Numbered from the stretch's first letter, positions 1 through 8,851 are shown. The stretch is 44,185 bases of DNA from Candidatus Eiseniibacteriota bacterium (GCA_046716125.1 JBKJXJ010000265.1:1-44185), one strand, 5' to 3'. Made by a program: numbers and translations. Notes: a model not told the origin generated them from the letters alone.

Positions 1-831
1 TGGCACCGCGCCCGGCAGGCCGCGATGGAGCGCAGCGTGCTGGCCAACGCCGACCTGGTCCTCGCGGCGTCGCGCACCCACGCCGAGGATCTTCGCCGGC
101 GCGCCGACGCGCGCCCCACGGGTGAGACGAAGTCGGACGCGGTCAGGCTCCCGGGCCGGCTCGAGCATCTGCCCAACGGATACGAGCCCGCTCCAGCTGA
201 TACGCCGGGCGCGGCGGGCGCCCCACCGGCGGGGGCGAACGATCCCGCCGCGGCGGAATTCTTCACCCTCGCCTTCACCGGGACGCTCTCGCAGATGCCC
301 GACACCGATGTGTTCCTCGAAGCCCTTCACGACCTGTTCGCGCGCCGGCCCGAGGCGCGCCGCCGGGTGCGTGCCCAGCTCGCCGGTCCGTTCGAGGGCG
401 GCCATGCCGATCGCGCGATCGCGCTCGGGCTCACCGGCATCGTCCGCTTCACCGGCCCGCTGGCGCACGAGGCGACCCGGACCCTCCAGCGCCGCTCGGA
501 TCTGCTGTTGTTGTGGAAGCCACGCGGAGCCGGCTACCGCACGATGGTCCCGGGCAAGCTCTACGAGTATCTCGACGCGGGAACACCGGTGCTGGCGATG
601 CTCGATGCGCAGGACGAGGCGGCGGCGCTGGTGCGACGCGCGGGCGGGGAGGTCGTGCCGCCGGGCGAGCGCGCGGCGATGACCGACGCCATCGAACGAC
701 GGTATCTGGCGTGGAAGGACGGGCGCCGCGCGCGCGACCCGCGTCCGGCGTGGCTCGCGGAGCACACGCGCGAAGCACTTGCCGTGCGCCTCTCGGGCCT
801 GCTGAACGGCCTGACGAAGGGCGGCGCGTGA
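1..831 (+). CDS. glycosyltransferase (GT4/GT1-like), C-terminal part; 5' end cut by the window edge
   Basis: Frame 1 is open from nt 1; the track lists it from ATG 25. High GC3. The C-terminal motif 'MVPGKLYEYLDAGTPVLA' is typical of the GT-B nucleotide-sugar binding domain. Stop at 829-831. Confidence 0.6.
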   Translation, partial: WHRARQAAMERSVLANADLVLAASRTHAEDLRRRADARPTGETKSDAVRLPGRLEHLPNGYEPAPADTPGAAGAPPAGANDPAAAEFFTLAFTGTLSQMPDTDVFLEALHDLFARRPEARRRVRAQLAGPFEGGHADRAIALGLTGIVRFTGPLAHEATRTLQRRSDLLLLWKPRGAGYRTMVPGKLYEYLDAGTPVLAMLDAQDEAAALVRRAGGEVVPPGERAAMTDAIERRYLAWKDGRRARDPRPAWLAEHTREALAVRLSGLLNGLTKGGA

Positions 832-881
832 ACCGGCCGCCGGACGGGCGCGAGCCGGTCTCCGAGCCCGCCTCCGAGCCC

Positions 882-2441
882 ATGGGGATCGAGGCCGTGG
901 CGCTCGCGGCCGGGTTCGCGCTGGCGGTCACGCTCATGTGGCCGCTGCGCGGCTACGTCACCGACGATACCTTCATCCACCTTCAGTACGCGCGGCACCT
1001 GGCCGACGGGAACGGGCCGGTGTTCAACCCGGGCGAGCGGGTCTACGGCAGCACGAGCCCGCTGTGGGTGCTGCTGCTGGGGGCCGCGATGGCGCTCGGA
1101 CTCGACGGGCTCAAGGCCGCGCGTGTACTGGGCGCGGTCGCGACCCTCATCTCAATAGCGTTCATGTTCCAGTTGCTGCGCCAGACCGTGCGCACTCCCG
1201 CGCTCAGGGCCGCGGGGACGCTGGCGTGGGCGGCCAACGCCTGGATGCTGCGCTGGTCGCTGTCGGGGATGGAGGCCCCGCTCGCCGTGGCGTTCACCCT
1301 GGCCGGCTTCGTGGCGTTCACCTCGGGACCAAGGTGGGGGGAGCGCGCCTTGCTCACGGGCGTGCTGTGGTCGCTCGCCGCGCTCACCCGACCCGAAGGC
1401 GTGTTCCTGATGCTCCTCTGGGGGGCGCTGCTCATGGCGGGCGCGTGGCGGCGTGACGGCGCCACCCGACTCGTCGCCGGCGCCCTCGGGCCCGTCCTCT
1501 TATATGGGGGCTGGCTGGCGTTCGCTCTGGGCTACTACGGCACCCTCTGGCCGCAGACCCTCGCGGCCAAGACGGCGGGCGGGGAGGGGCTCGCCTACCA
1601 CCTCCAGAACCTGTGGCGTCAGTTCCGCATCGTCGGCGCCACCGACGGGTTGCTCGCGGTCCTGCTCCTGATCGCGCTCGTCGTGGTGGCCGTTCGCCCG
1701 CCCGCGGCGGGAGGGAGGCGTTCACGCCTGCCCTCGGGCCCGGTGGTCGAACGGCTTCCCCGGTGGTTCCCATGGGCGTGGGTGTTCGGACTCCCGGCGC
1801 TCTACGCGTTGCGCGGCGTGCCCGTGCTCTCCCGCTATCTGCTGCCGCTCCTGCCGATCCTGGGCTGGCTCGCGTGGCGCGCGGCCGAGCGATGGTGGGT
1901 GGGGGAGGCCCCGACGCCGGCGCGATCGCGACGCGCCGCGCTCGCCGCGGCGCTGGTCCTGATCCTGGTCCTGGCGCAGAACGTGATCGTGTACCGGGCG
2001 CAGGTCGTGCCGCACGTGCTCTCGTACAGTCCCGCGCTGGAGGGGAGTCTCATCACATGGGGGCGGTGGTTCGAGCGCAACACCCCGCCCGACGCGGTGA
2101 TCGCGACCCCCGACATCGGCGCGATCGGCTACTTCAGCCGTCGCAGGGTGGTGGATCTCGCCGGCCTCGTCACGCCGGCGATGGTCCCGCACCTCATGCG
2201 GGACGAGCCCGAGGTCACGGTGGCGAACTTCGACTTCGCCACCTTTTCCCGGCCCGGCTATCTCGTGGACCGGGCGCCCGGCCGCTATCGCCTGCTGACC
2301 GAGAGTCCCTGGGCGCCATGCCTCACCGCGCTCGGCGAGGCCGGCGTCCCCAACCTCGGCATCGCCCGGACCGAGCCGGTCGTCTACTCCTTCTATCGCG
2401 TGGACTGGACCGTTTTCGACTCGCTGCGCGCCGGACGCTGA
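882..2441 (+). CDS. polytopic membrane glycosyltransferase, GT-C fold (ArnT/PMT-like)
   Basis: Frame of ORF 513..2441. The first ~120 aa of the long ORF are Arg/Gly-rich and overlap the upstream gene. ATG 882 precedes the first TM segment (MGIEAVALAAGFALAV). An alternative GTG at 828 overlaps the upstream stop (GTGA). There are many hydrophobic segments, and an acidic first-loop motif 'YVTDDTFIH' as in GT-C enzymes. Confidence 0.6.
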   Translation: MGIEAVALAAGFALAVTLMWPLRGYVTDDTFIHLQYARHLADGNGPVFNPGERVYGSTSPLWVLLLGAAMALGLDGLKAARVLGAVATLISIAFMFQLLRQTVRTPALRAAGTLAWAANAWMLRWSLSGMEAPLAVAFTLAGFVAFTSGPRWGERALLTGVLWSLAALTRPEGVFLMLLWGALLMAGAWRRDGATRLVAGALGPVLLYGGWLAFALGYYGTLWPQTLAAKTAGGEGLAYHLQNLWRQFRIVGATDGLLAVLLLIALVVVAVRPPAAGGRRSRLPSGPVVERLPRWFPWAWVFGLPALYALRGVPVLSRYLLPLLPILGWLAWRAAERWWVGEAPTPARSRRAALAAALVLILVLAQNVIVYRAQVVPHVLSYSPALEGSLITWGRWFERNTPPDAVIATPDIGAIGYFSRRRVVDLAGLVTPAMVPHLMRDEPEVTVANFDFATFSRPGYLVDRAPGRYRLLTESPWAPCLTALGEAGVPNLGIARTEPVVYSFYRVDWTVFDSLRAGR

Positions 2442-2547
2442 CCGCCTCGAAACGCTCCACCCGGCGTCGCCAGACGGCCGATCCGCGACGCTGCACACGC
2501 GTGCACGCCTCGCGCCGGATTATTTCTCGCCCGGTGAAGATTTCCTT

Positions 2548-2576
2548 TTGACACTGATGCGATCGCTCGATTAACG
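2548..2576 (+). promoter_or_regulatory. putative sigma-70 promoter of the dcw cluster (Pmra-like)
   Basis: Perfect -35 TTGACA at 2548-2553. After a 17-nt spacer comes a weak -10 'TTAACG' at 2571-2576. It lies about 70 nt upstream of mraZ and immediately upstream of the TGG repeats. Confidence 0.3.
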
Positions 2577-2586
2577 TGCGTGAGCC

Positions 2587-2622
2587 GTGGGGAGAAATGG
2601 GGATTTGTGGTTATCGATGGTG
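2587..2622 (+). promoter_or_regulatory. MraZ operator-like array: four TGG(G/T) repeats phased at exactly 10 nt
   Basis: The sequence reads GTGGGgagaaaTGGGGatttgTGGTTatcgaTGGTG. The TGG triplets start at 2588, 2598, 2608 and 2618. This matches the known MraZ binding architecture of direct TGGGN-type repeats with 5-nt spacers in the mraZ promoter/leader. Confidence 0.55.
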
Positions 2623-2646
2623 AACCTGCCCTGAGGGCCGCGCCGG

Positions 2647-3108
2647 ATGCCGTCGTTCATTGGGACCTTCACGTATGCCATCGACCACAAGGGCCGGATC
2701 GCGATCCCCGCGACGATGCGTCGTGGCGACTCGCCGAGGAAGCCGCTCTCGACCTTCTTCCTTAACCGCGGATTCGACGGCTGCGTGGCGGTGTACTCGC
2801 CGGACAGCTGGAAGCGGATGCTCGAGAGGATCAGAAAATTCTCACCCGGTGATTCGAAGGCGCGTGCCTTCAGGCGGGCATTCCTGAAGGACGCCATGGA
2901 AGTGACGGTGGATACCCAGGGACGGGTCACGATCCCACCGGCACTGATCGCCCTTGCAGCGCTCGGCAAGGATGCCGTGCTGCACGGGGCCGATTCATGC
3001 ATCGAGATCTGGAACCCGGCACGGTTCCAGGAGAAGTCGGCGACCGCGGTCGAGGCGGCCGGCAGCTTCGAGGATCTTGCGGACGGTCTGTTCGGGGACG
3101 AAGCATGA
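2647..3108 (+). CDS. mraZ: transcriptional regulator MraZ
   Basis: 153 aa. Starts 'MPSFIGTFTYAIDHKGRIAIPATMRR' and has a second 'GRVTIPPAL' half (duplicated SpoVT/AbrB-like halves). It is the first gene of the dcw cluster. Confidence 0.95.
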   Translation: MPSFIGTFTYAIDHKGRIAIPATMRRGDSPRKPLSTFFLNRGFDGCVAVYSPDSWKRMLERIRKFSPGDSKARAFRRAFLKDAMEVTVDTQGRVTIPPALIALAALGKDAVLHGADSCIEIWNPARFQEKSATAVEAAGSFEDLADGLFGDEA

Positions 3109-3608
3109 TGGCCGTCCACCCGGCTGAACCGGGCGTCCGCCCGGCGCTCGCGCTGAACCTGGATCTCAGCCACGGGCAGCCGGGCGCCTCCGCGCGCGTG
3201 GAGCTGCACGAGCGGCCGGGCCCGCCGTTCCCTGGAACGCTGCTGCGGGGGACCGCGGGCGCCTCGCGGATCGCGCGGGTCACGCTGCGGGGCTGCATCG
3301 ACGCCATCGCCGCGGTGCGCCTCGGGCGGGCCCTCGAGGACCTGGCGCTGCGTGACGTGGACCAGGTGCTGCTCGACTGCGCCCAGGTCCGGCACATCGA
3401 CTTCCGGTGCCTGACGGCGCTGGTCGACGCGCTGGTCCGCCTGGATTCGCGCTCGGGCGGGGTGGTCGTATGCGGGCTCTCGCGCTACCTGCGCGATCTC
3501 TTCCGGCTCGCGGGCCACGAGCGCCACCTGCGCTGCTGGGCCTCGGCGGACGACCTGCTCGAGACCTGCACGCGCGCGGCGGAGCCGGGCTGTGAGCGCG
3601 CTTCATGA
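3105..3608 (+). CDS. STAS-domain protein (anti-sigma-factor-antagonist-like) inserted between mraZ and rsmH
   Basis: ATG 3105 overlaps the mraZ stop (ATGA). High GC3 throughout. STAS-like layout: 'VTLRGCIDAIAAVRLGRALEDL...VLLDCAQVRHIDFRCLTALVDALVRL...VVVCGLSRYLRDLFRLAGH'. The 3' end overlaps the rsmH start by 17 nt. Confidence 0.7.
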   Translation: MMAVHPAEPGVRPALALNLDLSHGQPGASARVELHERPGPPFPGTLLRGTAGASRIARVTLRGCIDAIAAVRLGRALEDLALRDVDQVLLDCAQVRHIDFRCLTALVDALVRLDSRSGGVVVCGLSRYLRDLFRLAGHERHLRCWASADDLLETCTRAAEPGCERAS

Positions 3609-4548
3609 ACCGGTCCTGGTCGCCGAGGTGCTCCAATTCCTCCGCAACGGTCCCGGCCTCTACCTCGATGCCACGCTGGGCGAGGGCGGACATGCCGAGG
3701 CCCTGCTCGACGCCGAGCCAGGTGCTCGCCTGCTGGGATGTGACCGCGACCCGGAAGCACTCGCCTCGTCCCGCGACCGCCTGCTGCGCTTCGGGGATCG
3801 CGTGACCCTGCTCCACGCCACCTTCAGCGAGATCCCGGCGGGCTGCCCGGAGATGTTCGGCCTGGAGGCGGGCGGCCTGGAGGCGGGCGGCCGCCCGTTC
3901 ACGGGCGCGCTGTTCGACCTGGGCCTGTCGTCGCGCCAGATCGACGAGCCCGGTCGCGGCATGAGCTTCATGCGCGAGGGGCCGCTCGACCTGCGCATGG
4001 ATCCGAGCCGGGGCGAGCCCGCGTGGCGCCGCCTGGCCTCGGTGAGCGAAGAGGAACTCGCCTCGGTGCTGCGCGAGCACGGAGACCTGAGCAACGGTCG
4101 GCCTCTGGCACGTGCCATCGTCACCGCGGCAGGGCGCGGAGTCCTCCCCACGACCCGAGCACTCGCGGAACTGGTGGACCACGTGCTGGGCGGCCGGCCA
4201 CATCCGCGCCGCACCGCCCGCGTGTTCCAGGCGCTGCGCATCTGGATCAACGACGAGGCGGTCGAGCTTTCGGCCGCACTCGCATGGCTGCCGGACATGA
4301 TGCGGCCCGGCGGCGTCGTAGTGACCCTCGCCTACCATTCCGGCGAGGATCGGAGGATCAAGCAGGACCTGCGCGGGGTGCCGAAGGAGACCCCGCGCCG
4401 CGTGCACCGTCTGTCGCCGCAGCGTCCCCCCGAGGGGCCGTGGCAGGAACTCAACCGCACTGTCGTGACCCCCTCGGCAGAAGAACAGGCCGCGAATCCG
4501 CGCGCACGAAGCGCCCGGCTCCGCGCCTTCCGGAGGAAGCAGACATGA
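3592..4548 (+). CDS. rsmH: 16S rRNA (cytosine1402-N4)-methyltransferase RsmH (MraW)
   Basis: GTG start. Motifs 'HEPVLVAEV', 'DATLGEGGH', 'DLGLSSRQID', 'YHSGEDR'. Canonical dcw position. Confidence 0.95.
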   Translation: MSALHEPVLVAEVLQFLRNGPGLYLDATLGEGGHAEALLDAEPGARLLGCDRDPEALASSRDRLLRFGDRVTLLHATFSEIPAGCPEMFGLEAGGLEAGGRPFTGALFDLGLSSRQIDEPGRGMSFMREGPLDLRMDPSRGEPAWRRLASVSEEELASVLREHGDLSNGRPLARAIVTAAGRGVLPTTRALAELVDHVLGGRPHPRRTARVFQALRIWINDEAVELSAALAWLPDMMRPGGVVVTLAYHSGEDRRIKQDLRGVPKETPRRVHRLSPQRPPEGPWQELNRTVVTPSAEEQAANPRARSARLRAFRRKQT

Positions 4549-4979
4549 AGCAGCCGCGTGCTCATCGCCCGTCATGGAAGACGTCCGAGATGCGGGTCGC
4601 CCGGCCGGGATTGTGGCTGATCGCCGCCGTCGTGGTCGGGATGCTGCTGGTCGAGGTGTGGGCCGGATCGCGTGTGGCCCAGCTGTCCCTCGCCCTCGGG
4701 CATGACCGGACGGCGCTCGAGAAGGCGGAGGCGCGGCTCGCGTTCGTGCGCGCGGACCTCGAGCGTCGCACGACCCGTTCCGAGGCCGCCCCGCTCGCGT
4801 CGCGGCTGGGCCTGGCACCTGCCGAGGCGCAGCAGGTGGTCGCGTTGCCGAACGCGTATCTGGCGTCGGCGACCGCCCCGCAGCGGGATCGCGATGCCAT
4901 CCCCGTGCTGGCGTGGGCGGAGAGGGCATCACGCGCGATCGTGCCGGAAGCCACGGCGCGGGTGCGCGCGGAGAACTGA
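4545..4979 (+). CDS. ftsL: cell division protein FtsL-like (small bitopic membrane protein)
   Basis: ATG 4545 overlaps the rsmH stop (ATGA). 144 aa with a single TM 'LWLIAAVVVGMLLVEVWAG' followed by a helical region. The call rests on its position between rsmH and ftsI and on its topology, not on sequence identity. Confidence 0.65.
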   Translation: MKQPRAHRPSWKTSEMRVARPGLWLIAAVVVGMLLVEVWAGSRVAQLSLALGHDRTALEKAEARLAFVRADLERRTTRSEAAPLASRLGLAPAEAQQVVALPNAYLASATAPQRDRDAIPVLAWAERASRAIVPEATARVRAEN

Positions 4980-5114
4980 CGACCGGCAACCATCCACATC
5001 GGATCGGGCGACCGGAGTGTGTATGCCGGCCGCACCACCGCACCGCGCTTGTGACGGCCCGGCGGTCTGCGTGAACCGCCGTTCCACGGAGGGAAGGAGT
5101 TGGCCCACAGGGAA

Positions 5115-7301
5115 ATGCGCAAGAGTCGGGTGCTGGTGGCTGCGGCCGGATTGTTGTTCGGGCTGGTGCTGGTGTGGCTCCGGATCGGGTGGCTCCAGGT
5201 CGTGCGCCACGCCCACTACACGGAGCGCGCGGACTTGAATCAGGAGCAGCGCGTGCTGCTCCGCCCGACGCGTGGCAACCTGCTCGACCGCGCGGGACAC
5301 GTGCTGGCCCGCGACCTCAAGACCTACTCGGTCTCGGGCGCTCCGCGCGAGATGGCCGACCCGCGCCGCACGGCGCGTGCGCTGGCGGGCCTGCTCGACG
5401 AGCCTCCCGCCCGGCTGCTCCGGGAGTTCGCCAAACGTCCGCGGTTCGTGTGGATCAAGCGCCGCATCTCGCCGGCACTCGCCGAACGGATCGCCGCGCG
5501 GCGCGAGCGCGGGGTCTACCTGGCGACCGAGGTGCAGCGCGTCTATCCGCTGGGTGCCGCGTCGGCGGAGCTGCTCGGGCGGACCGATCTCGACGCCAAC
5601 GGCGTGGACGGGCTCGAGCTGCAGCTCGACCCGGCGCTGCGCGGCCGCCCCGGCTGGACCACCCTGTTCCGCGACGGCGCCGGCCGCTCGATGGCGCTCC
5701 CCGGGGGCCTCCGGCGTGAGCCCGAGGACGGCCAGCATGTCGTGCTCACGCTCGACGCCGACCTCCAGTGCATCGTCGAGACCCACCTGGCGGCGGCGGT
5801 GAAGGAGCTGCGCGCGGTACGCGGGTTCGCCATGTTCATGGATCCCCGCACCGGCGAGGTGCTCGCGGCGGCGGTTGCCCCGCACCTCGAGCCGGGCAAG
5901 GCGCGCAACTGGAACTTCACCGACCAGTTCGAGCCCGGCTCGACCTACAAGCCCGTGGTCGTGGGCGCCGCGCTCGAAGAGGGCCTGGCCAAGCCCGATC
6001 AGGTGTTCGAGGCCTCCGCCGACGGCGTGGGCGCGGTCGCGCCCGGGACGAATTTCCACGACGTGCACAAGGAGGCGAGCTACCGTTTCCGCGACGCCGT
6101 GCGCTGGTCGAGCAACATCGTCATGGGACGGGTCGCCAACCTGGTCGGCGCCGAGCGGCTTTACCGGTATTCCACCGCGCTCGGATTCGGCAGCATCACC
6201 GGCATCACCTTCCCGGGCGAGGCGGGGGGCCGGCTGCGCAGTCCAGAGCACTGGTCGGCGCGCTCGACCCCGACCATCGCGATCGGGCATGAGATCTCGG
6301 TGACGCCGCTCCAGCTCACGCTGGCGTACGCCGCGATCGCCAACGGCGGGGTCATGATGCGCCCGATGCTGGTGCGCGAGATCCGCGACGCCGACGGAAC
6401 GACCGTGCGCCGCTACGCGCCCGAGGCGTCCCACCGCGTGTTCAGCGAGCAGACCAGCGCGCTGATCCGCGAGATGCTCACCGCCGTCGTGGACAGCGGC
6501 ACGGCGAAGGCGGCCCGCGTGCCCGGCATCCAGGTCGCGGGCAAGACCGGCACCGCGCAGAAGTACGATGCCTCGGTCGGCACGTACGGCCGCGGCCTCT
6601 ACCTGTCCTCGTTCGCCGGGTTCGCTCCGGCCGAGGCCCCGCGCATGGTCGGCGTCGTCGTCATCGACGAGCCGCGGGGTGCCAAGTACTACGGAGGCGA
6701 ATGTGCCGCCCCGGTATTCGGGCGCGTGGTGGCGGATCTGCGGCGGCTGCCGCGCGGCCCGCTGGGTTCGGGAGTCGTCCAGGTCGCCGCGCGTCCGCCG
6801 GCGCCGGCGCCGGTGGTCGTGCCCGACCTGCGCCTGCTGCCGGCGCGCACGGCCGAGCGGCGGCTGGCCGCGTACGACCTGCGCGCGCGCAACGCCGGCC
6901 AGGGGACACGGGTGCTGACCCAGGAACCGGCGGCCGGCACCGAGGTCGAGCGCGGCGCCGTGGTCACGCTCTGGCTCTCGCGGCCGGAGGATGCCGCGGA
7001 CCGCAGGCTGCCCGATCTCGCGGGCCTTTCGGTGCGCGCAGCGCTGCGCAAGCTGGCGCCGCACCAGGTCGCGGCGAGGATCGTCGGCAACGGGACGGTG
7101 GTCCGCCAGTCGCCCATCGCAGGGACGAAGCTCCCACTGGGCGGGCCGTGCGTCCTCTATTGCGAGTCGGGGATGTCGGGCGCGTCCTACGAGATCCACG
7201 ACGACAGACCGGGCACCGACGGCGTGATCGCGGACGGGTCCACCGCGGCGGCCGCGCCGCGCGCCGCGCGCCGCCGGTCCGCGGAAGCGGGGACGCCGTG
7301 A
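5115..7301 (+). CDS. ftsI: class B penicillin-binding protein FtsI/PBP2B-type transpeptidase with two C-terminal PASTA domains
   Basis: N-terminal TM 'VLVAAAGLLFGLVLVW'. Transpeptidase motifs 'STYKP' (SxxK), 'SSN', 'KTGTA'. Two PASTA-like repeats lie at about 6813-7166. The start is ATG 5115 (alternative TTG 5100), with a GGAGGGAAGGAG stretch upstream. Confidence 0.9.
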   Translation: MRKSRVLVAAAGLLFGLVLVWLRIGWLQVVRHAHYTERADLNQEQRVLLRPTRGNLLDRAGHVLARDLKTYSVSGAPREMADPRRTARALAGLLDEPPARLLREFAKRPRFVWIKRRISPALAERIAARRERGVYLATEVQRVYPLGAASAELLGRTDLDANGVDGLELQLDPALRGRPGWTTLFRDGAGRSMALPGGLRREPEDGQHVVLTLDADLQCIVETHLAAAVKELRAVRGFAMFMDPRTGEVLAAAVAPHLEPGKARNWNFTDQFEPGSTYKPVVVGAALEEGLAKPDQVFEASADGVGAVAPGTNFHDVHKEASYRFRDAVRWSSNIVMGRVANLVGAERLYRYSTALGFGSITGITFPGEAGGRLRSPEHWSARSTPTIAIGHEISVTPLQLTLAYAAIANGGVMMRPMLVREIRDADGTTVRRYAPEASHRVFSEQTSALIREMLTAVVDSGTAKAARVPGIQVAGKTGTAQKYDASVGTYGRGLYLSSFAGFAPAEAPRMVGVVVIDEPRGAKYYGGECAAPVFGRVVADLRRLPRGPLGSGVVQVAARPPAPAPVVVPDLRLLPARTAERRLAAYDLRARNAGQGTRVLTQEPAAGTEVERGAVVTLWLSRPEDAADRRLPDLAGLSVRAALRKLAPHQVAARIVGNGTVVRQSPIAGTKLPLGGPCVLYCESGMSGASYEIHDDRPGTDGVIADGSTAAAAPRAARRRSAEAGTP

Positions 7302-8851
7302 CGCTCGCGACGCTGCTGGAGGAGATCGATGTGGATGCGGTGAGCGGGCCCGTCGATCTCGAGGTCTCCGGATTGTGCTACGACTCGCGCCGGGTGTCGC
7401 CGGGTGCTGTGTTCTTCGGCCTCGCCGGGCAGCGCGAGGACGGCGGGCGGTTCGCGCGCCAGGCCCTGGCCGCCGGGGCGGCCGCGGTGGTGGTCGGGCG
7501 CGGGAGCGCGATCGAAGGCCGCACGGTGGTCGAGGTCGAGGAGCCGCGCCGCGCGCTGGCGCAGGCGGCCGCCCGCTTCCACGGGCATCCTGACCGCGCG
7601 CTGCGGATCGTGGGCATCACCGGCACGAACGGCAAGACCACGACCACCTGGATGCTGGAGTCCATCTTCCGCGCCGCCGGATGGCGTGCCGGGGTCATCG
7701 GCACGACCGGGGTGCGCCTCGGCGACGAGCAGCGGCCGTCCGCCCTGACCACGCCCGAATCGCTCGAGCTGTTCGGGCTCCTCGGTGAGATGGTGGAGCG
7801 CGGCGTCACCGGCGTGGCGATCGAGGTCAGCAGCCACGCGCTGATCCAGCGACGCGCCTTCGGGCTCGCGTGCGAGGTCGCGGTGTTCACCAACCTGAGT
7901 CACGACCACCTCGACTATCACGGCACCATGGAGCGCTACCTCGACGCCAAGCTCATGCTCTTCGACGGCCGGAACGGCTCCGCGAAGGAGCGTGGCTTCG
8001 CGATCGTGAACGCCGATGACGCGAGCGCCGGTGCGGTGGTCGCCGCGGCCGCGCGGGGCGGACTCAGGGTTATGCGCTACGGCATGGACCTCGCGGAGAC
8101 GGCGCCGGAGATGACGCTCGACGTGAGCGTCGAGGGCCTGAAGCCGGGCGCCGACGGTCTCGCGCTCCAGCTGCGGGTGGACACCCCCTGGGTTTTGCGC
8201 GCCGACGGGGCGGGGACGTCGGCCGGGGAGATCCCGGTGCGTCTGCCGTTGCTCGGCCGCCACAACGCGCACAACGCCGCGGCCGCATTCACCGCCGCGA
8301 TCGCGCTGCGGATCCCGCTCGAGGCGATCGTGCGCGGCCTCGAGACCATGCCCGCCGTCCCGGGCCGCCTCGAGCGCGTGGATGCGGGCCAGCCGTTCCT
8401 GGTCGTCGTGGACTACGCGCACACGCCCGACGCGCTCGAGCGCGCGCTGGCCGCCGCGCGCGAGCACGGCGCCGGTCGGGTGCTGCTCGTATTCGGCTGC
8501 GGCGGCGACCGCGATCGCGGCAAGCGCCCGCTCATGGGACGGGTGGCGGGCGCGGGCAGCGATGTCGCCTGGGTGACGAACGACAACCCGCGCAGCGAAG
8601 AGCCGGCGGCGATCGCGGCCGAGATTGTGGCGGGAGCCGGGGCCGGGGCCTCCGGTGGCGCGCTCGTGGTCGAGCTGGACCGCCGCGCGGCGATCGAGGC
8701 GGCGATTGCCGCCGCGATGCCGGGCGACGTCGTGCTCATCGCCGGCAAGGGACACGAGACCACCCAGACGATCGGCGCGCGGGTGCTTCCGTTCGACGAT
8801 CGCGCGGTGGCGCGCGAGGCGCTCGGGGCCCGGCGCGGGGTGATCGGATGA
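7298..8851 (+). CDS. murE: UDP-N-acetylmuramoyl-L-alanyl-D-glutamate--2,6-diaminopimelate ligase MurE
   Basis: GTG 7298 overlaps the ftsI stop (GTGA). 'VGITGTNGKTTTTWM' P-loop and 'DYAHTPDAL'. The DNPR motif ('TNDNPRSE') suggests the meso-DAP type. Confidence 0.93.
   Translation: MTLATLLEEIDVDAVSGPVDLEVSGLCYDSRRVSPGAVFFGLAGQREDGGRFARQALAAGAAAVVVGRGSAIEGRTVVEVEEPRRALAQAAARFHGHPDRALRIVGITGTNGKTTTTWMLESIFRAAGWRAGVIGTTGVRLGDEQRPSALTTPESLELFGLLGEMVERGVTGVAIEVSSHALIQRRAFGLACEVAVFTNLSHDHLDYHGTMERYLDAKLMLFDGRNGSAKERGFAIVNADDASAGAVVAAAARGGLRVMRYGMDLAETAPEMTLDVSVEGLKPGADGLALQLRVDTPWVLRADGAGTSAGEIPVRLPLLGRHNAHNAAAAFTAAIALRIPLEAIVRGLETMPAVPGRLERVDAGQPFLVVVDYAHTPDALERALAAAREHGAGRVLLVFGCGGDRDRGKRPLMGRVAGAGSDVAWVTNDNPRSEEPAAIAAEIVAGAGAGASGGALVVELDRRAAIEAAIAAAMPGDVVLIAGKGHETTQTIGARVLPFDDRAVAREALGARRGVIG

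Noticed and set aside
1-16. TGGCAC strings as sigma-54 promoters (nt 1, about 4100, about 4815 and about 43100).
   Set aside because: None is followed by TTGC(A/T) at the required 5-nt spacing, and most lie inside coding sequence.
513-881. N-terminal extensions of the track ORFs. Examples are 513.., 6701.., 10214.., 10288.., 13834.., 15657.., 25435..27519, 26739..28040, 34041..36056, 35183..36307, 21457..23049 and 40064..42664.
   Set aside because: The extensions overlap the preceding gene, lack codon bias and are low-complexity. Internal starts with an RBS or a stop/start overlap give proteins that begin where the family normally begins.
3280-5043. Long antisense or alternative-frame ORFs across the dcw cluster. 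Examples are 3280..5043(-), 4929..7199(-), 7187..8755(-), 8413..10083(-), 10235..11365(-), 13811..14971(-), 16164..18557(-) and 18548..19996(-).
   Set aside because: Their translations are Arg/Ala/Gly/Pro-rich with no recognisable motifs. They overlap genes with unmistakable family signatures on the other strand. Long open frames opposite real genes are expected at ~70% GC.
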